Assembly: GCA_964016885.1 (NCBI GenBank)
Contig: OZ024743.1
Location: forward strand, 272,552,001-272,616,000
Source: Eledone cirrhosa
Taxonomy: Eukaryota
Length of the DNA: 64,000 bases
Direction: 5' to 3'
Shown here piece after piece: positions 1 through 18,300 of the stretch; the first letter of the stretch is position 1; each line of letters starts with the position of its first letter. Position numbers and translations under genes: made by a program. Under the pieces are notes generated by a model, which saw nothing but the letters and a program-made list of their open reading frames with translations, did no database searches and was not told the origin of the DNA.

Positions 1-759
1 ACGACCATCACAATAATTAAACAACACGACCATCACAACAACTAAAACCACCACCACCATCACAACCACTAAAACAAACACGACCATCGCAAGTACTAAA
101 ACAACCACGACCATCACAACTAAAACAACCACGACCACCACAACAACTAAAATAACCAGGACCACCACAACAACTAAAACAACACGACCATCTCAACAAC
201 TAAAACCACCACGACCATCACAACACTAAAACAACACGACCAACACAACTAAAACAACCACGACCTTCACAACTAAAACAACAGGACCATCACAACAACT
301 AAAACAAACACGACCATCACGACTAAAACAACACGACCATCACAACAACTAAAACAACCACGCCCTCCACAACAATTAAAACAACCACGACCATCACAAC
401 AATTAAAAGAACCACGATAATCACAACCATTAAAACAACCACGACCTCCAAAACAACTAAAACAACCACGACCATCACAGCAACTAAAAAAACACGACAA
501 TCAAAACAAAAACAACCACGAACATCACAGCGAAAACAAACACGGCATCACAACACCTAAAACAACCACGATCTCCACAACAACTAAAACAACCACGACC
601 ATTTCAACAACTAAAACAACCACGAACATCACAACAACTAAAACAACCACGACCATCACTACAAATAGAACAACTACGACCATCACAACTAAAACAACCA
701 CGGCATCACAACAACTAGAACAACACGACCTCCACAACAACTAAAACAACCACGACCAT

Positions 760-3700
760 CACAACAACTAAAACAACCACGACCATCACAACAACTAAAA
801 CAACTACGACTATCACAACTAAAATAACCAGGGCATCACAACAACTAAAACAACACGACCTCCACAACAACTAAAACAACCACGACCATCACAACAACTA
901 AAACAACCACGGCCATCACAGCAACTTAAACAACCACGACTATCACAACAACTAAAACAACCACGACCATCACAACTAAAGCAAACTCGACAATCACAGC
1001 TAAAACAACCACGACCATCACAACAACTAAAACAACCACGACCACCACAACAACTAAAACGACAACAACAATCACAAAAACTAAAACAACCACGACCATC
1101 ACAACAACTAAAACAACCACGACCATCACACCTAAAACAACCACGACCATCACAACAACTAAAACAAAAACGACCATCACAACCACTAAAAAAGCCAAGA
1201 CGATCACAACCACTAAAACAACCACGACCATCACAACAATTAAAACAACCACGACCATCACAACAACTAAAAGAACAACGACAATCACAACAACTAAAAC
1301 TACCAGGACCATCACGACAACTAAAAGAACCACGACCATCACAGCAACTAAAACAACCACGAACATCACAGCAACTAAAACAACCACTACCATCACAACA
1401 ACTGAAACGACCAGGACCATCACGACAACTAAAACAACCACGACGATCACAGCAACTAAAACAACCCCGACCATCACAACAACTAAAACAAGAACGACCA
1501 TCACAACAACTAAAACAATCACGACCATCACAACAACTAAAACAACCACGACCATCACAACAACTAAAACAACCACGAGCATCACAAATAAAACAACCCG
1601 ACCATCACAACAACTAAAACAACCACGACCATCATAACAACTAAAACAACACGACCATCACAACAACTAAAACAACACGACCATCACAACAACTAAAACA
1701 ACCACGACCATTACAACATCTAAAACAACACGAACATCACAACTAAAATAACCACGACCATCACAACAATTAAAACAACCACGACCATCACAATAATTAA
1801 ACAACACCACCATCACAACAACTAAAACAACCACGACCATCACAACAACTAAAACAACACGACCATCACAACAACTAAAAGAACAACGACCATCACAACA
1901 ACTAAAACCATCACGACCTCCACAACAACTAAAACAACCACAACCGTCACAAAAACTAAAACAACCACGACCATCACAACAACTAAAACAACCACGACCA
2001 TCACAACAACTAAAACAACCACGACTATCACAACAAAAACAACCACGACCATCATAACAACTAAAAGAACCACGACCATCACAGCAACTAAAACAATCAC
2101 GACCATCACAGCAACTAAAACACCCACGACCATCACAACAACTAAAACAACACGACCATCACAATAACTAAAACAACCACGATCATCACAACAACTAAAA
2201 CAATCACGACCATCACAACAACTAAAACAACCACGACCATCACAACAACTAAAACAACCACGACCATCACAAATAAAACAACCCAACCATCACAACAACT
2301 AAAACAACCACGACCATCATAACAACTAAAACAACACGACCATCACAACAACTAAAACAACACGACCATCACAACAACTAAAACAACCACGACCATTACA
2401 ACAACTAAAACAACACGAACATCACAACTAAAACAAACACGACCATCACAGCAATTAAAACAACCACGACCATCAAAATAATTAAACAACACGACCATCA
2501 CAACAACTAAAACCACCACCACCATCACAACCACTAAAACAACCACGACCATCGCAACAACTAAAACAACCACGACCACCACAACAACTAAAATAACCAG
2601 GACCACCACAACAACTAAAACAACACGACCATCTCAACAACTAAAACAACCACGACCATCACAACACTAAAACAACTCGAGCAACACAACTAAAACAACC
2701 ACGACCTTCACAACTAAAACAACACGACCATCACAACAACTAAAACAACACAACCATCACAACAACTAAAACAAACACGCACTCCACAACAATTAAAACA
2801 ACCACGACCATCACAACAATTAAAAGAACCACGATAATCACAACAACTAAAACAACCACGACCATCACAGCAACTAAAACAACCACGACCATCAAAACTA
2901 AAACAACCACGACCATCACAGCGAAAACAAACACGATTATCACAACAACTAAAACAATCACAACCATCACAACACCTAAAACAACCACGATCTCCACAAC
3001 AACTAAAACAACCACGCGCATTACAACAACTAAAACAACCACGACCATCACAACAACTAAAAGAACCACGACCATCACAACAAATAAAACAACTACGACC
3101 ATCACAAATAAAACAACCACGGCATCACAACAACTAAAACAATTACGACCATCACAACTAAAATAACCACGGCATCACAACAACTAAAACAACACGACCT
3201 CCACAACAACTAAAACAACCACGACCATCACAACAACTAAAACAAACACGACCATCACAACAACTAAAACAACCACGACTATCACAACAACTAAAACAAC
3301 ACGACCATCACAACTAAAACAACCACGATCATCACAACAACTTAAACAACCACGACCATCACAACAACTAAAACAACCACGACCATCACAACTAAAGCAA
3401 ACACGACAATCACAGCTAAAACAACCACGACCATCACAACAACTAAAACAACCACGACCATCACAACAGCTAAAACAACCACGACCTCCACAATAACAAA
3501 AACAACAACAACAATCACAAAAACTAAAACAACCACGACCATCACAACAACTAAAACAACCACGACCTTCACAACAACTAAAAACACCACGACCATCACA
3601 ACTAAAACAACCACGACCATCACAACAACTAAAACAAAAACGACCATCACAACCACTAAAAAAGCCACGACGATCACAACCACTAAAACAACCACGACCA

Positions 3701-6700
3701 TCACAACAATTAAAACAACCACGACCATCACAACAACTAAAAGAACAACGACAATCACAACAACTAAAACGACCAAGACCATCTCGACAACTAAAAGAAC
3801 CACGACCATCACAGCAACTAAAACAACCACGACCATCACAGCAACTAAAACAACCACGACCATCACAACAACTAAAACAACACGACCATCACAACAACTA
3901 AAACGACCAGGACCATCACGACAACTAAAACAACCACGACCATCACAGCAATTAAAACAACCACGACCATCACAACAACTAAAACAAGCACGACCATCAC
4001 AATAACTAAAACAAGCACGACCATAACAACAACTAAAACAACACGACCATCACAACAACTAAAAGAACAACGACCATCACAACAACTAAAACAACCATGA
4101 CCATCACAACAACTAAAATAAGCACGACCATCACAACAACTAAAACAATCACGACCATCACAACAACTAAAACAACCACGACCATCACAACTAAAATAAC
4201 CACGACCATCACAACAACTAAAAGAACCACGACCATCACAGCAACTAAAACAACCACGACCATCACAGCAACTAAAACACCCACGACCATCACAACAACT
4301 AAAAATACACGACAATCACAACAACTAAAAGGACAACGACCATCACAACAAATAAAACGACCAGGACCATCACGACAACTAAAAGAACCACGACCATCAC
4401 AGCAACTAAAACAACCACGACCATCACAATAACTAAAACAAGCACGACCATCACAACAACTAAAACAATCACGACCATCACAACCACTAAAACAACCACG
4501 ACCATCACAACAACTAAAACAACCACGACCATCACAAATAAAACAACCCGACCATCACAACAACTAAAACAACCACGACCATCATAACAACTAAAACAAC
4601 ACGACCATCACAACAACTAAAACAACACGACCATCACAACAACTAAAACAATCACGACCATCACAACAACTAAAACAACTACGACTATCACAACTAAAAT
4701 AACCAGGGCATCACAACAACTAAAACAACACGACCTCCACAACAAGTAAAACAACCACGACCATCACAACAAATAAAACAACCACGACCATCACAACAAC
4801 TTAAACAACCACGACTATCACAACAACTAAAACAACCACGACCATCACAACTAAAGCAAACTCGACAATCACAGCTAAAACAACCACGACCATCACAACA
4901 ACTAAAACAACAACGACCATCACAACAACTAAAACAACCACGACCACCACAACAACTAAAACGACAACAACAATCACAAAAACTAAAACAACCACGACCA
5001 TCACAACAACTAAAACAACCACGACCATCACAACTAAAACAACCACGACCATCACAACAACTAAAACAAAAACGACCATCACAACCACTAAAAAAGCCAA
5101 GACGATCACAACCACTAAAACAACCACGACCATCACAACAATTAAAACAACCACGACCATCACAACAACTAAAAGAACAACGACAATCACAACAAATAAA
5201 ACTACCAGGACCATCACGACAACTAAAAGAACCACGACCATCACAGCAACTAAAACAACCACGAACATCACAGCAACTAAAACAACCACGACCATCACAA
5301 CAACTGAAACGACCAGGACCATCACGACAACTAAAACAACCACGACGATCACAGCAACTAAAACAATCACGACCATCACAACAACTAAAACAACCACGAC
5401 CATCACAAATAAAACAACCCGACCATCACAACAACTAAAACAACCACGACCATCATAACAACTAAAACAACACGACCATCACAACAACTAAAACAACACG
5501 ACCATCACAACAACTAAAACAACCACGACCATTACAACATCTAAAACAACACGAACATCACAACTAAAATAACCACGACCATCACAACAATTAAAACAAC
5601 CACGACCATCACAATAATTAAACAACACGACCATTACAACAACTAAAACCACCAACACCATCACAACAACTAAAACAACCACGACCATCACAACAACTAA
5701 AACAAAACGACCATCACAACAACTAAAAGAACAACGACCATCACAACAACTAAAACAATCACGACCTCCACAACAACTAAAACAACCACAACCGTCACAA
5801 AAACTAAAACAACCACGACCATCACAACAACTAAAACAACCACGACCATCACAACAACTAAAACAACCACGACTATCACAACAAAAACAACCTCGACCAT
5901 CATAACAACTAAAACAACCACGACCATCACAGCAACTAAAACACCCACGACCATCACAACAACTAAAACAACACGACCATCACAATAACTAAAACAACCA
6001 CGACCATCACAACAACTAAAACAATCACGACCATCACAACAACTAAAACAACCACGACCATCACAACAACTAAAACAACCACGACCATCACAAATAAAAC
6101 AACCCGACCATCACAACAACTAAAACAACCACGACCATCATAACAACTAAAACAACACGACCATCACAACAACTAAAACAACACGACCATCACAACAACT
6201 AAAACAACCACGACCATTACAACAACTAAAACAACACGAACATCACAACTAAAACAAACACGACCATCACAGCAATTAAAACAACCACGACCATCAAAAT
6301 AATTAAACAACACGACCATCACAACAACTAAAACCACCACCACCATCACAACCACTAAAACAACCACGACCATCGCAACAACTAAAACAACCACGACCAT
6401 CACAACTAAAACAACCACGACCACCACAACAACTAAAATAACCAGGACCACCACAACAACTAAAACAACACGACCATCTCAACAACTAAAACAACCACGA
6501 CCATCACAACACTAAATCAAACTCGAGCAACACAACTAAAACAACCACGACCTTCACAACTAAAACAACACGACCATCACAACAACTAAAACAACACAAC
6601 CATCACAACAACTAAAACAAACACGCCCTCCACAACAATTAAAACAACCACGACCATCACAACAATTAAAACAACCATGATAATCACAACAACTAAAACA

Positions 6701-9330
6701 ACCACGACCATCACAGCAACTAAAACAACCACGACCATCAAAACTAAAACAATCACGACCATCACAGCGAAAACAAACACGATTATCACAACAACTAAAA
6801 CAACCACAACCATCGCAACACCTAAAACAACCACAATCTCCACAACAACTAAAACAACCACGCCCATTACAACAACTAAAAGAACCACGACCATCACAAC
6901 AACTAAAACAACCACGACCATCACAACAAATAAAACAACTACGACGATCACAACTAAAACAACCACGGCATCACAACAACTAAAACAATTACGACCATCA
7001 CAACTAAAATAACCACGGCATCACAACAACTAAAACAACACGACCTCCACAACAACTAAAACAACCACGACCATCACAACAACTAAAACAACCACGACCA
7101 TCACAAATAAAACAACCCGACCATCACAACAACTAAAACAACCACGACCATCATAACAACTAAAACAACACGACCATCACAACAACTAAAACAACACGAC
7201 CATCACAACAACTAAAACAACCACGACCATTACAACAACTAAAACAACACGAACATCACAACTAAAACAAACACGACCATCACAGCAATTAAAACAACCA
7301 AGACCATCAAAATAATTAAACAACACGACCATCACAACAACTAAAACCACCACCACCATCACAACCACTCAAACAACCACGACCATCGCAACAACTAAAA
7401 CAACCACGACCATCACAACTAAAACAACCACGACAACCACAACAACTAAAATAACCAGGACCACCACAACAACTAAAACAACACGACCATCTCAACAACT
7501 AAAACAACCACGACCATCACAACACTAAAACAACTCGAGCAACACAACTAAAACAACCACGACCTTCACAACTAAAACAACACGACCATCACAACAACTA
7601 AAACAACACAACCATCACAACAACTAAAACAAACACGCCCTCCACAACAATTAAAACAACCACGACCATCACAACAATTAAAAGAACCACGATAATCACA
7701 ACAACTAAAACAACCACGACCATCACAGCAACTAAAACAACCACGACCATCAAAACTAAAACAATCACGACCATCACAGCGAAAACAAACACGATTATCA
7801 CAATAACTAAAACAACCACAACCATCACAACACATAAAACAACCACAATCTCCACAACAACTAAAACAACCACGCCCATTACAACAACTAAAACAACCAC
7901 GACCATCACAACAAATAAAACAACTACGACCATCACAACTAAAACAACCACGGCATCACAACAACTAAAACAATTACGACCATCACAACTAAAATAACCA
8001 CGGCATCACAACAACTAAAACAACACGACCTCCACAACAACTAAAACAACCACGACCATCACAACAACTAAAACAAACACGACCATCACAACAACTAAAA
8101 CAACCACGACTATCACAACAACTAAAACAACACGACCATCACAACTAAAACAACCACGATCATCACAACAACTTAAACAACCACGACAATCACAACAACT
8201 AAAACAACCACGACCATCACAACTAAAGCAAACACGACAATCACAGCTAAAATAACCACGACCATCCCAACAACTAAAACAACCACGACCATCACAACAA
8301 CTAAAACAACCACGACCTCCACAATACCAAAAACAACAACAACAATCACAACAACTAAAACAACCACGACCTTCACAACAACTAAAAACACCACGACCAT
8401 CACAACTAAAACAACCACGACCATCACAACAACTAAAACAAAAACGACCATCACGACCACTAAAAAAGCCACGACGATCACAACCACTAAAACAACCACG
8501 ACCATCACAACAATTAAAACAACCACGACCATCACAACAACTAAAAGAACAACGACAATCACAACAACTAAAACGACCAAGACCATCTCGACAACTAAAA
8601 GAACCACGACCATCACAGCAACTAAAACAACCACGACCATCACAGCAACTAAAACAACCACGACCATCACAACAACTAAAACAACACGACCATCACAACA
8701 ACTGAAAGAACGACGACCATCACAACAACTAAAACGACCAGGACAATCACGACAACTAAAACCACCACGACCATCACAGCAACTAAAACAACCACGACCA
8801 TCACAACAACTAAAACAAGCACGACCATCACAATAACTAAAACAAGCACGACCATCACAACAACTAAAACAATCACGACCATCACAACAACTAAAACAAC
8901 CACGAGCATCACAACTAAAATAACCACGACCAACACAACAACTAAAAGAACCACGACCATCACAGCAACTAAAACAACCACGAACATCACAGCAACTAAA
9001 ACACCCACGACCATCACAACAACTAAAAATACACGACAATCACAACAACTAAAAGAACAACAAACCATCACAACAAATAAAACGACCAGGACCATCACGA
9101 CAACTAAAAGAACCACGACCATCACAGCAACTAAAACAACCACGACCATCACAATAACTAAAACAAGCACGACCATCACAACAACTAAAACAATCACGAC
9201 CATCACAACCACTAAAACAACCACGACCATCACAAATAAAACAACCCGACCATCACAACAACTAAAACAACCACGACCATCATAACAACTAAAACAACAC
9301 GACCATCACAACAACTAAAACAACACGACC
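760..9330 (+). repeat. Higher-order repeat domain 1, copies 1 and 2: ~3.85-3.9 kb unit (~760-4634, then ~4635-9330 with an extra ~1 kb)
   Basis: Private variant CCAGGGCATC at ~831 and ~4706 (offset 3875). Matching ORF-track ends 926/4801 (3875), 2352/6173 (3821), 2740/6586 (3846). The offset grows to 4831 (3342/8173) after the internal duplication. Confidence 0.85.
6060..8070 (+). repeat. ~1012-bp tandem duplication nested in HOR copy 2
   Basis: ORF-track pairs 6173/7186 (1013), 6303/7316 (1013), 6586/7598 (1012). Marker CTCGAGCAACAC at ~6522 and ~7534. Confidence 0.85.
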
Positions 9331-12300
9331 ATCACAACAACTAAAACAACCACAACCATTACAACAACTAAAACAACACGAACATCACAACTAAAACAAA
9401 CACGACCATCACAGCAATTAAAACAACCACGACCATCACAATAATTAAACAACACGAACATCACAACAGCTAAAACCACCACCACCATCACAACCACTAA
9501 AACAAACACGACCATCAGAACAACTAAAACAACCACGACCATCACAACAAAAACAACCACGACCACCACAACAACTAAAATAACCACGACCACCACAACA
9601 ACTAAAACGACAACAACAATCACAAAAACTAAAACAACCACGACCATCACAACAACTAAAACAACCACGACCATCACAACTAAAACAACCACGACCATCA
9701 CAACAACTAAAACAAAAACGACCATCACAACCACTAAAAAAGCCAAGACGATCACAACCACTAAAACAACCACGCCCATCACAACAATTAAAACAACCAC
9801 GACCATCACAACAACTAAAAGAACAACGACAATCACAACAACTAAAACTACCAGGACCATCACGACAACTAAAAGAACCACGACCATCACAGCAACTAAA
9901 AGAACCACGAACATCACAGCAACTAAAACAACCACGACCATCACAGCAACTGAAACGACCAGGACCATCACAACTAAAACAACCACGACGATCACAGCAA
10001 CTAAAACAACCCCGACCATCACAACAACTAAAACAAGCACGACCATCTCAACAACTAAAACAATCACGACCATCACAACAACTAAAACAACCACGACCAT
10101 CACAAATAAAACAACCCGACCATCACAACAACTAAAACAACCACGACCATCATAACAACTAAAACAACACGACCATCACAACAACTAAAACAACACGACC
10201 ATCACAACAACTAAAACAACCACGACCATTACAACATCTAAAACAACACGAACATCACAACTAAAATAACCACGACCATCACAACAATTAAAACAACCAC
10301 GACCATCACAATAATTAAACAACACGACCATCACAACAACTAAAACCACCACGACCATCACAACAACTAAAACAACACGACCATCACAACAACTAAAAGA
10401 ACAACGACCATCACAACAACTAAAACAATCACGACCTCCTCAACAACTAAAACAACCACAACCGTCACAAAAACTAAAACAACCACGACCATCACAACAA
10501 CTAAAACAACCACGTCCATCACAACAACTAAAACAACCACGACTATCACAACAAAAACAACCACGACCATCATAACAACTAAAAGAACCACGACCATCAC
10601 AGCAACTAAAACAACCACGACCATCACAGCAACTAAAACACCCACGACCATCACAACAACTAAAACAACACGACCATCACAATAACTAAAACAACCACGA
10701 CCATCACAACAACTAAAACAATCACGACCATCACAACAACTAAAACAACCACGACCATCACAAATAAAACAACCCGACCATCACAACAACTAAAACAACC
10801 ACGACCATCATAACAACTAAAACAACACGACCATCACAACAACTAAAACAACACGACCATCACAACAACTAAAACAACCACGACCATTACGACAACTAAA
10901 ACAACACGAACATCACAACTAAAACAAACACGACCATCACAGCAATTAAAACAACCACGACCATCAAAATAATTAAACAACACGACCATCACAACAACTA
11001 AAACCACCACCACCATCACAACCACTAAAACAACCACGACCATCGCAACAACTAAAACAACCACGACCATCACAACTAAAACAACCACGACCACCACAAC
11101 AACTAAAATAACCAGGACCACCACAACAACTAAAACAACACGACCATCTCAACAACTAAAACAACCACGACCATCACAACACTAAAACAACTCGAGCAAC
11201 ACAACTAAAACAACCACGACCTTCACAACTAAAACAACACGACCATCACAACAACTAAAACAACACAACCATCACAACAACTAAAACAAACACGCCCTCC
11301 ACAACAATTAAAACAACCACGACCATCACAACAATTAAAAGAACCACGATAATCACAACAACTAAAACAACCACGACCATCACAGCAACTAAAACAACCA
11401 CGACCATCAAAACTAAAACAATCACGACCATCACAGCGAAAACAAACACGATTATCACAACAACTAAAACAACCCCGACCATCACAACAACTAAAACAAC
11501 CACGACCATCACAACAAATAAAACAACTACGACCATCACAACTAAAACAACCACGGCATCACAACAACTAAAACAATTACGACCATCACAACTAAAATAA
11601 CCACGGCATCACAACAACTAAAACAACACGACCTCCACAACAACTAAAACAACCACGACCATCACAACAACTAAAACAACCACGACCATCACAAATAAAA
11701 CAACCCGACCATCACAACAACTAAAACAACCACGACCATCATAACAACTAAAACAACACGACCATCACAACAACTAAAACACGACCATCACAACAACTAA
11801 AACAACCACGACCATTACAACAACTAAAACAACACGAACATCACAACTAAAACAAACACGACCATCACAGCAACTGAAACGACCAGGACCATCACGACAA
11901 CTAAAACAACCACGACGATCACAGCAACTAAAACAACCCCGACCATCACAACAACTAAAACAAGCACGACCATCTCAACAACTAAAACAATCACGACCAT
12001 CACAACAACTAAAACAACCACGACCATCACAAATAAAACAACCCGACCATCACAACAACTAAAACAACCACGACCATCATAACAACTAAAACAACACGAC
12101 CATCACAACAACTAAAACAACACGACCATCACAACAACTAAAACAACCACGACCATTACAACATCTAAAACAACACGAACATCACAACTAAAATAACCAC
12201 GACCATCACAACAATTAAAACAACCACGACCATCACAATAATTAAACAACACGACCATCACAACAACTAAAACCACCACGACCATCACAAGAACTAAAAC

Positions 12301-15300
12301 AACACGACCATCACAACAACTAAAAGAACAACGACCATCACAACAACTAAAACAATCACGACCTCCACAACAACTAAAACAACCACAACCGTCACAAAAA
12401 CTAAAACAACCACGACCATCACAACAACTAAAACAACCACGACCATCACAACAACTAAAACAACCACGACTATCACAACAAAAACAACCACGACCATCAT
12501 AACAACTAAAAGAACCACGACCATCACAGCAACTAAAACAACCACGACCATCACAGCAACTAAAACACCCACGACCATCACAACAACTAAAACAACACGA
12601 CCATCACAATAACTAAAACAACCACGACCATCACAACAACTAAAACAATCACGACCATCACAACAACTAAAACAACCACGACCATCACAAATAAAACAAC
12701 CCGACCATCACAACAACTAAAACAACCACGACCATCATAACAACTAAAACAACACGACCATCACAACAACTAAAACAACACGACCATCACAACAACTAAA
12801 ACAACCACGACCATTACGACAACTAAAACAACACGAACATCACAACTAAAACAAACACGACCATCACAGCAATTAAAACAACCACGACCATCAAAATAAT
12901 TAAACAACACGACCATCACAACAACTAAAACCACCACCACCATCACAACCACTAAAACAACCACGACCATCGCAACAACTAAAACAACCACGACCATCAC
13001 AACTAAAACAACCACGACCACCACAACAACTAAAATAACCAGGACCACCACAACAACTAAAACAACACGACCATCTCAACAACTAAAACAACCACGACCA
13101 TCACAACACTAAAACAACTCGAGCAACACAACTAAAACAACCACGACCTTCACAACTAAAACAACACGACCATCACAACAACTAAAACAACACAACCATC
13201 ACAACAACTAAAACAAACACGCCCTCCACAACAATTAAAACAACCACGACCATCACAACAATTAAAAGAACCACGATAATCACAACAACTAAAACAACCA
13301 CGACCATCACAACAACTAAAACAACCACGACCATCAAAACTAAAACAATCACGACCATCACAGCGAAAACAAACACGATTATCACAACAACTAAAACAAC
13401 CACAACCATCGCAACACCTAAAACAACCACAATCTCCACAACAACTAAAACAACCACGCCCATTACAACAACTAAAACAACCACGACCATCACAACAAAT
13501 AAAACAACTACGACCATCACAACTAAAACAACCACGGCATCACAACAACTAAAACAATTACGACCATCACAACTAAAATAACCACGGCATCACAACAACT
13601 AAAACAACACGACCTCCACAACAACTAAAACAACCACGACCATCACAACAACTAAAACAAACACGACCATCACAACAACTAAAACAACCACGACTATCAC
13701 AACAACTAAAACAACACGACCATCACAACTAAAACAACCACGATCATCACAACAACTTAAACAACCACGACAATCACAACAACTAAAACAACCACGACCA
13801 TCACAACTAAAGCAAACACGACAATCACAGCTAAAATAACCACGACCATCCCAACAACTAAAACAACCACGACCATCACAACAACTAAAACAACCACGAC
13901 CTCCACAATACCAAAAACAACAACAACAATCACAACAACTAAAACAACCACGACCTTCACAACAACTAAAAACACCACGACCATCACAACTAAAACAACC
14001 ACGACCATCACAACAACTAAAACAAAAACGACCATCACGACCACTAAAAAAGCCACGACGATCACAACCACTAAAACAACCACGACCATCACAACAATTA
14101 AAACAACCACGACCATCACAACAACTAAAAGAACAACGACAATCACAACAACTAAAACGACCAAGACCATCTCGACAACTAAAAGAACCACGACCATCAC
14201 AGCAACTAAAACAACCACGACCATCACAGCAACTAAAACAACCACGACCATCACAACAACTAAAACAACACGACCATCACAACAACTGAAAGAACGACGA
14301 CCATCACAACAACTAAAATGACCAGGACAATCACGACAACTAAAACCACCACGACCATCACAGCAACTAAAACAACCACGACCATCACAACAACTAAAAC
14401 AAGCACGACCATCACAATAACTAAAACAAGCACGACCATCACAACAACTAAAACAATCACGACCATCACAACAACTAAAACAACCACGAGCATCACAACT
14501 AAAATAACCACGACCAACACAACAACTAAAAGAACCACGACCATCACAGCAACTAAAACAACCACGAACATCACAGCAACTAAAACACCCACGACCATCA
14601 CAACAACTAAAAATACACGACAATCACAACAACTAAAAGAACAACAAACCATCACAACAAATAAAACGACCAGGACCATTACGACAACTAAAAGAACCAC
14701 GACCATCACAGCAACTAAAACAACCACGACCATCACAATAACTAAAACAAGCACGACCATCACAACAACTAAAACAATCACGACCATCACAACCACTAAA
14801 ACAACCACGACCATCACAAATAAAACAACCCGACCATCACAACAACTAAAACAACCACGACCATCATAACAACTAAAACAACACGACCATCACAACAACT
14901 AAAACAACACGACCATCACAACAACTAAAACAACCACAACCATTACAACAACTAAAACAACACGAACATCACAACTAAAACAAACACGACCATCACAGCA
15001 ATTAAAACAACCACGACCATCACAATAATTAAACAACACGAACATCACAACAGCTAAAACCACCACCACCATCACAACCACTAAAACAAACACGACCATC
15101 AGAACAACTAAAACAACCACGACCATCACAACAAAAACAACCACGACCACCACAACAACTAAAATAACCACGACCACCACAACAACTAAAACGACAACAA
15201 CAATCACAAAAACTAAAACAACCACGACCATCACAACAACTAAAACAACCACGACCATCACAACTAAAACAACCACGACCATCACAACAACTAAAACAAA

Positions 15301-18300
15301 AACGACCATCACAACCACTAAAAAAGCCAAGACGATCACAACCACTAAAACAACCACGCCCATCACAACAATTAAAACAACCACGACCATCACAACAACT
15401 AAAAGAACAACGACAATCACAACAACTAAAACTACCAGGACCATCACGACAACTAAAAGAACCACGACCATCACAGCAACTAAAAGAACCACGAACATCA
15501 CAGCAACTAAAACAACCACGACCATCACAGCAACTGAAACGACCAGGACCATCACAACTAAAACAACCACGACGATCACAGCAACTAAAACAACCCCGAC
15601 CATCACAACAACTAAAACAAGCACGACCATCTCAACAACTAAAACAATCACGACCATCACAACAACTAAAACAACCACGACCATCACAAATAAAACAACC
15701 CGACCATCACAACAACTAAAACAACCACGACCATCATAACAACTAAAACAACACGACCATCACAACAACTAAAACAACACGACCATCACAACAACTAAAA
15801 CAACCACGACCATTACAACATCTAAAACAACACGAACATCACAACTAAAATAACCACGACCATCACAACAATTAAAACAACCACGACCATCACAACAACT
15901 AAAACCACCACGACCATCACAACAACTAAAACAACACGACCATCACAACAACTAAAAGAACAACGACCATCACAACAACTAAAACAATCACGACCTCCTC
16001 AACAACTAAAACAACCACAACCGTCACAAAAACTAAAACAACCACGACCATCACAACAACTAAAACAACCACGTCCATCACAACAACTAAAACAACCACG
16101 ACTATCACAACAAAAACAACCACGACCATCATAACAACTAAAAGAACCACGACCATCACAGCAACTAAAACAACCACGACCATCACAGCAACTAAAACAC
16201 CCACGACCATCACAACAACTAAAACAACACGACCATCACAATAACTAAAACAACCACGACCATCACAACAACTAAAACAATCACGACCATCACAACAACT
16301 AAAACAACCACGACCATCACAAATAAAACAACCCGACCATCACAACAACTAAAACAACCACGACCATCATAACAACTAAAACAACACGACCATCACAACA
16401 ACTAAAACAACACGACCATCACAACAACTAAAACAACCACGACCATTACGACAACTAAAACAACACGAACATCACAACTAAAACAAACACGACCATCACA
16501 GCAATTAAAACAACCACGACCATCAAAATAATTAAACAACACGACCATCACAACAACTAAAACCACCACCACCATCACAACCACTAAAACAACCACGACC
16601 ATCGCAACAACTAAAACAACCACGACCATCACAACTAAAACAACCACGACCACCACAACAACTAAAATAACCAGGACCACCACAACAACTAAAACAACAC
16701 GACCATCTCAACAACTAAAACAACCACGACCATCACAACACTAAAACAACTCGAGCAACACAACTAAAACAACCACGACCTTCACAACTAAAACAACACG
16801 ACCATCACAACAACTAAAACAACACAACCATCACAACAACTAAAACAAACACGCCCTCCACAACAATTAAAACAACCACGACCATCACAACAATTAAAAG
16901 AACCACGATAATCACAACAACTAAAACAACCACGACCATCACAGCAACTAAAACAACCACGACCATCAAAACTAAAACAATCACGACCATCACAGCGAAA
17001 ACAAACACGATTATCACAACAACTAAAACAACCCCGACCATCACAACAACTAAAACAACCACGACCATCACAACAAATAAAACAACTACGACCATCACAA
17101 CTAAAACAACCACGGCATCACAACAACTAAAACAATTACGACCATCACAACTAAAATAACCACGGCATCACAACAACTAAAACAACACGACCTCCACAAC
17201 AACTAAAACAACCACGACCATCACAACAACTAAAACAACCACGACCATCACAAATAAAACAACCCGACCATCACAACAACTAAAACAACCACGACCATCA
17301 TAACAACTAAAACAACACGACCATCACAACAACTAAAACACGACCATCACAACAACTAAAACAACCACGACCATTACAACAACTAAAACAACACGAACAT
17401 CACAACTAAAACAAACACGACCATCACAGCAACTGAAACGACCAGGACCATCACGACAACTAAAACAACCACGACGATCACAGCAACTAAAACAACCCCG
17501 ACCATCACAACAACTAAAACAAGCACGACCATCTCAACAACTAAAACAATCACGACCATCACAACAACTAAAACAACCACGACCATCACAAATAAAACAA
17601 CCCGACCATCACAACAACTAAAACAACCACGACCATCATAACAACTAAAACAACACGACCATCACAACAACTAAAACAACACGACCATCACAACAACTAA
17701 AACAACCACGACCATTACAACATCTAAAACAACACGAACATCACAACTAAAATAACCACGACCATCACAACAATTAAAACAACCACGACCATCACAATAA
17801 TTAAACAACACGACCATCACAACAACTAAAACCACCACGACCATCACAAGAACTAAAACAACACGACCATCACAACAACTAAAAGAACAACGACCATCAC
17901 AACAACTAAAACAATCACGACCTCCACAACAACTAAAACAACCACAACCGTCACAAAAACTAAAACAACCACGACCATCACAACAACTAAAACAACCACG
18001 ACCATCACAACAACTAAAACAACCACGACTATCACAACAAAAACAACCACGACCATCATAACAACTAAAAGAACCACGACCATCACAGCAACTAAAACAA
18101 CCACGACCATCACAGCAACTAAAACACCCACGACCATCACAACAACTAAAACAACACGACCATCACAATAACTAAAACAACCACGACCATCACAACAACT
18201 AAAACAATCACGACCATCACAACAACTAAAACAACCACGACCATCACAAATAAAACAACCCGACCATCACAACAACTAAAACAACCACGACCATCATAAC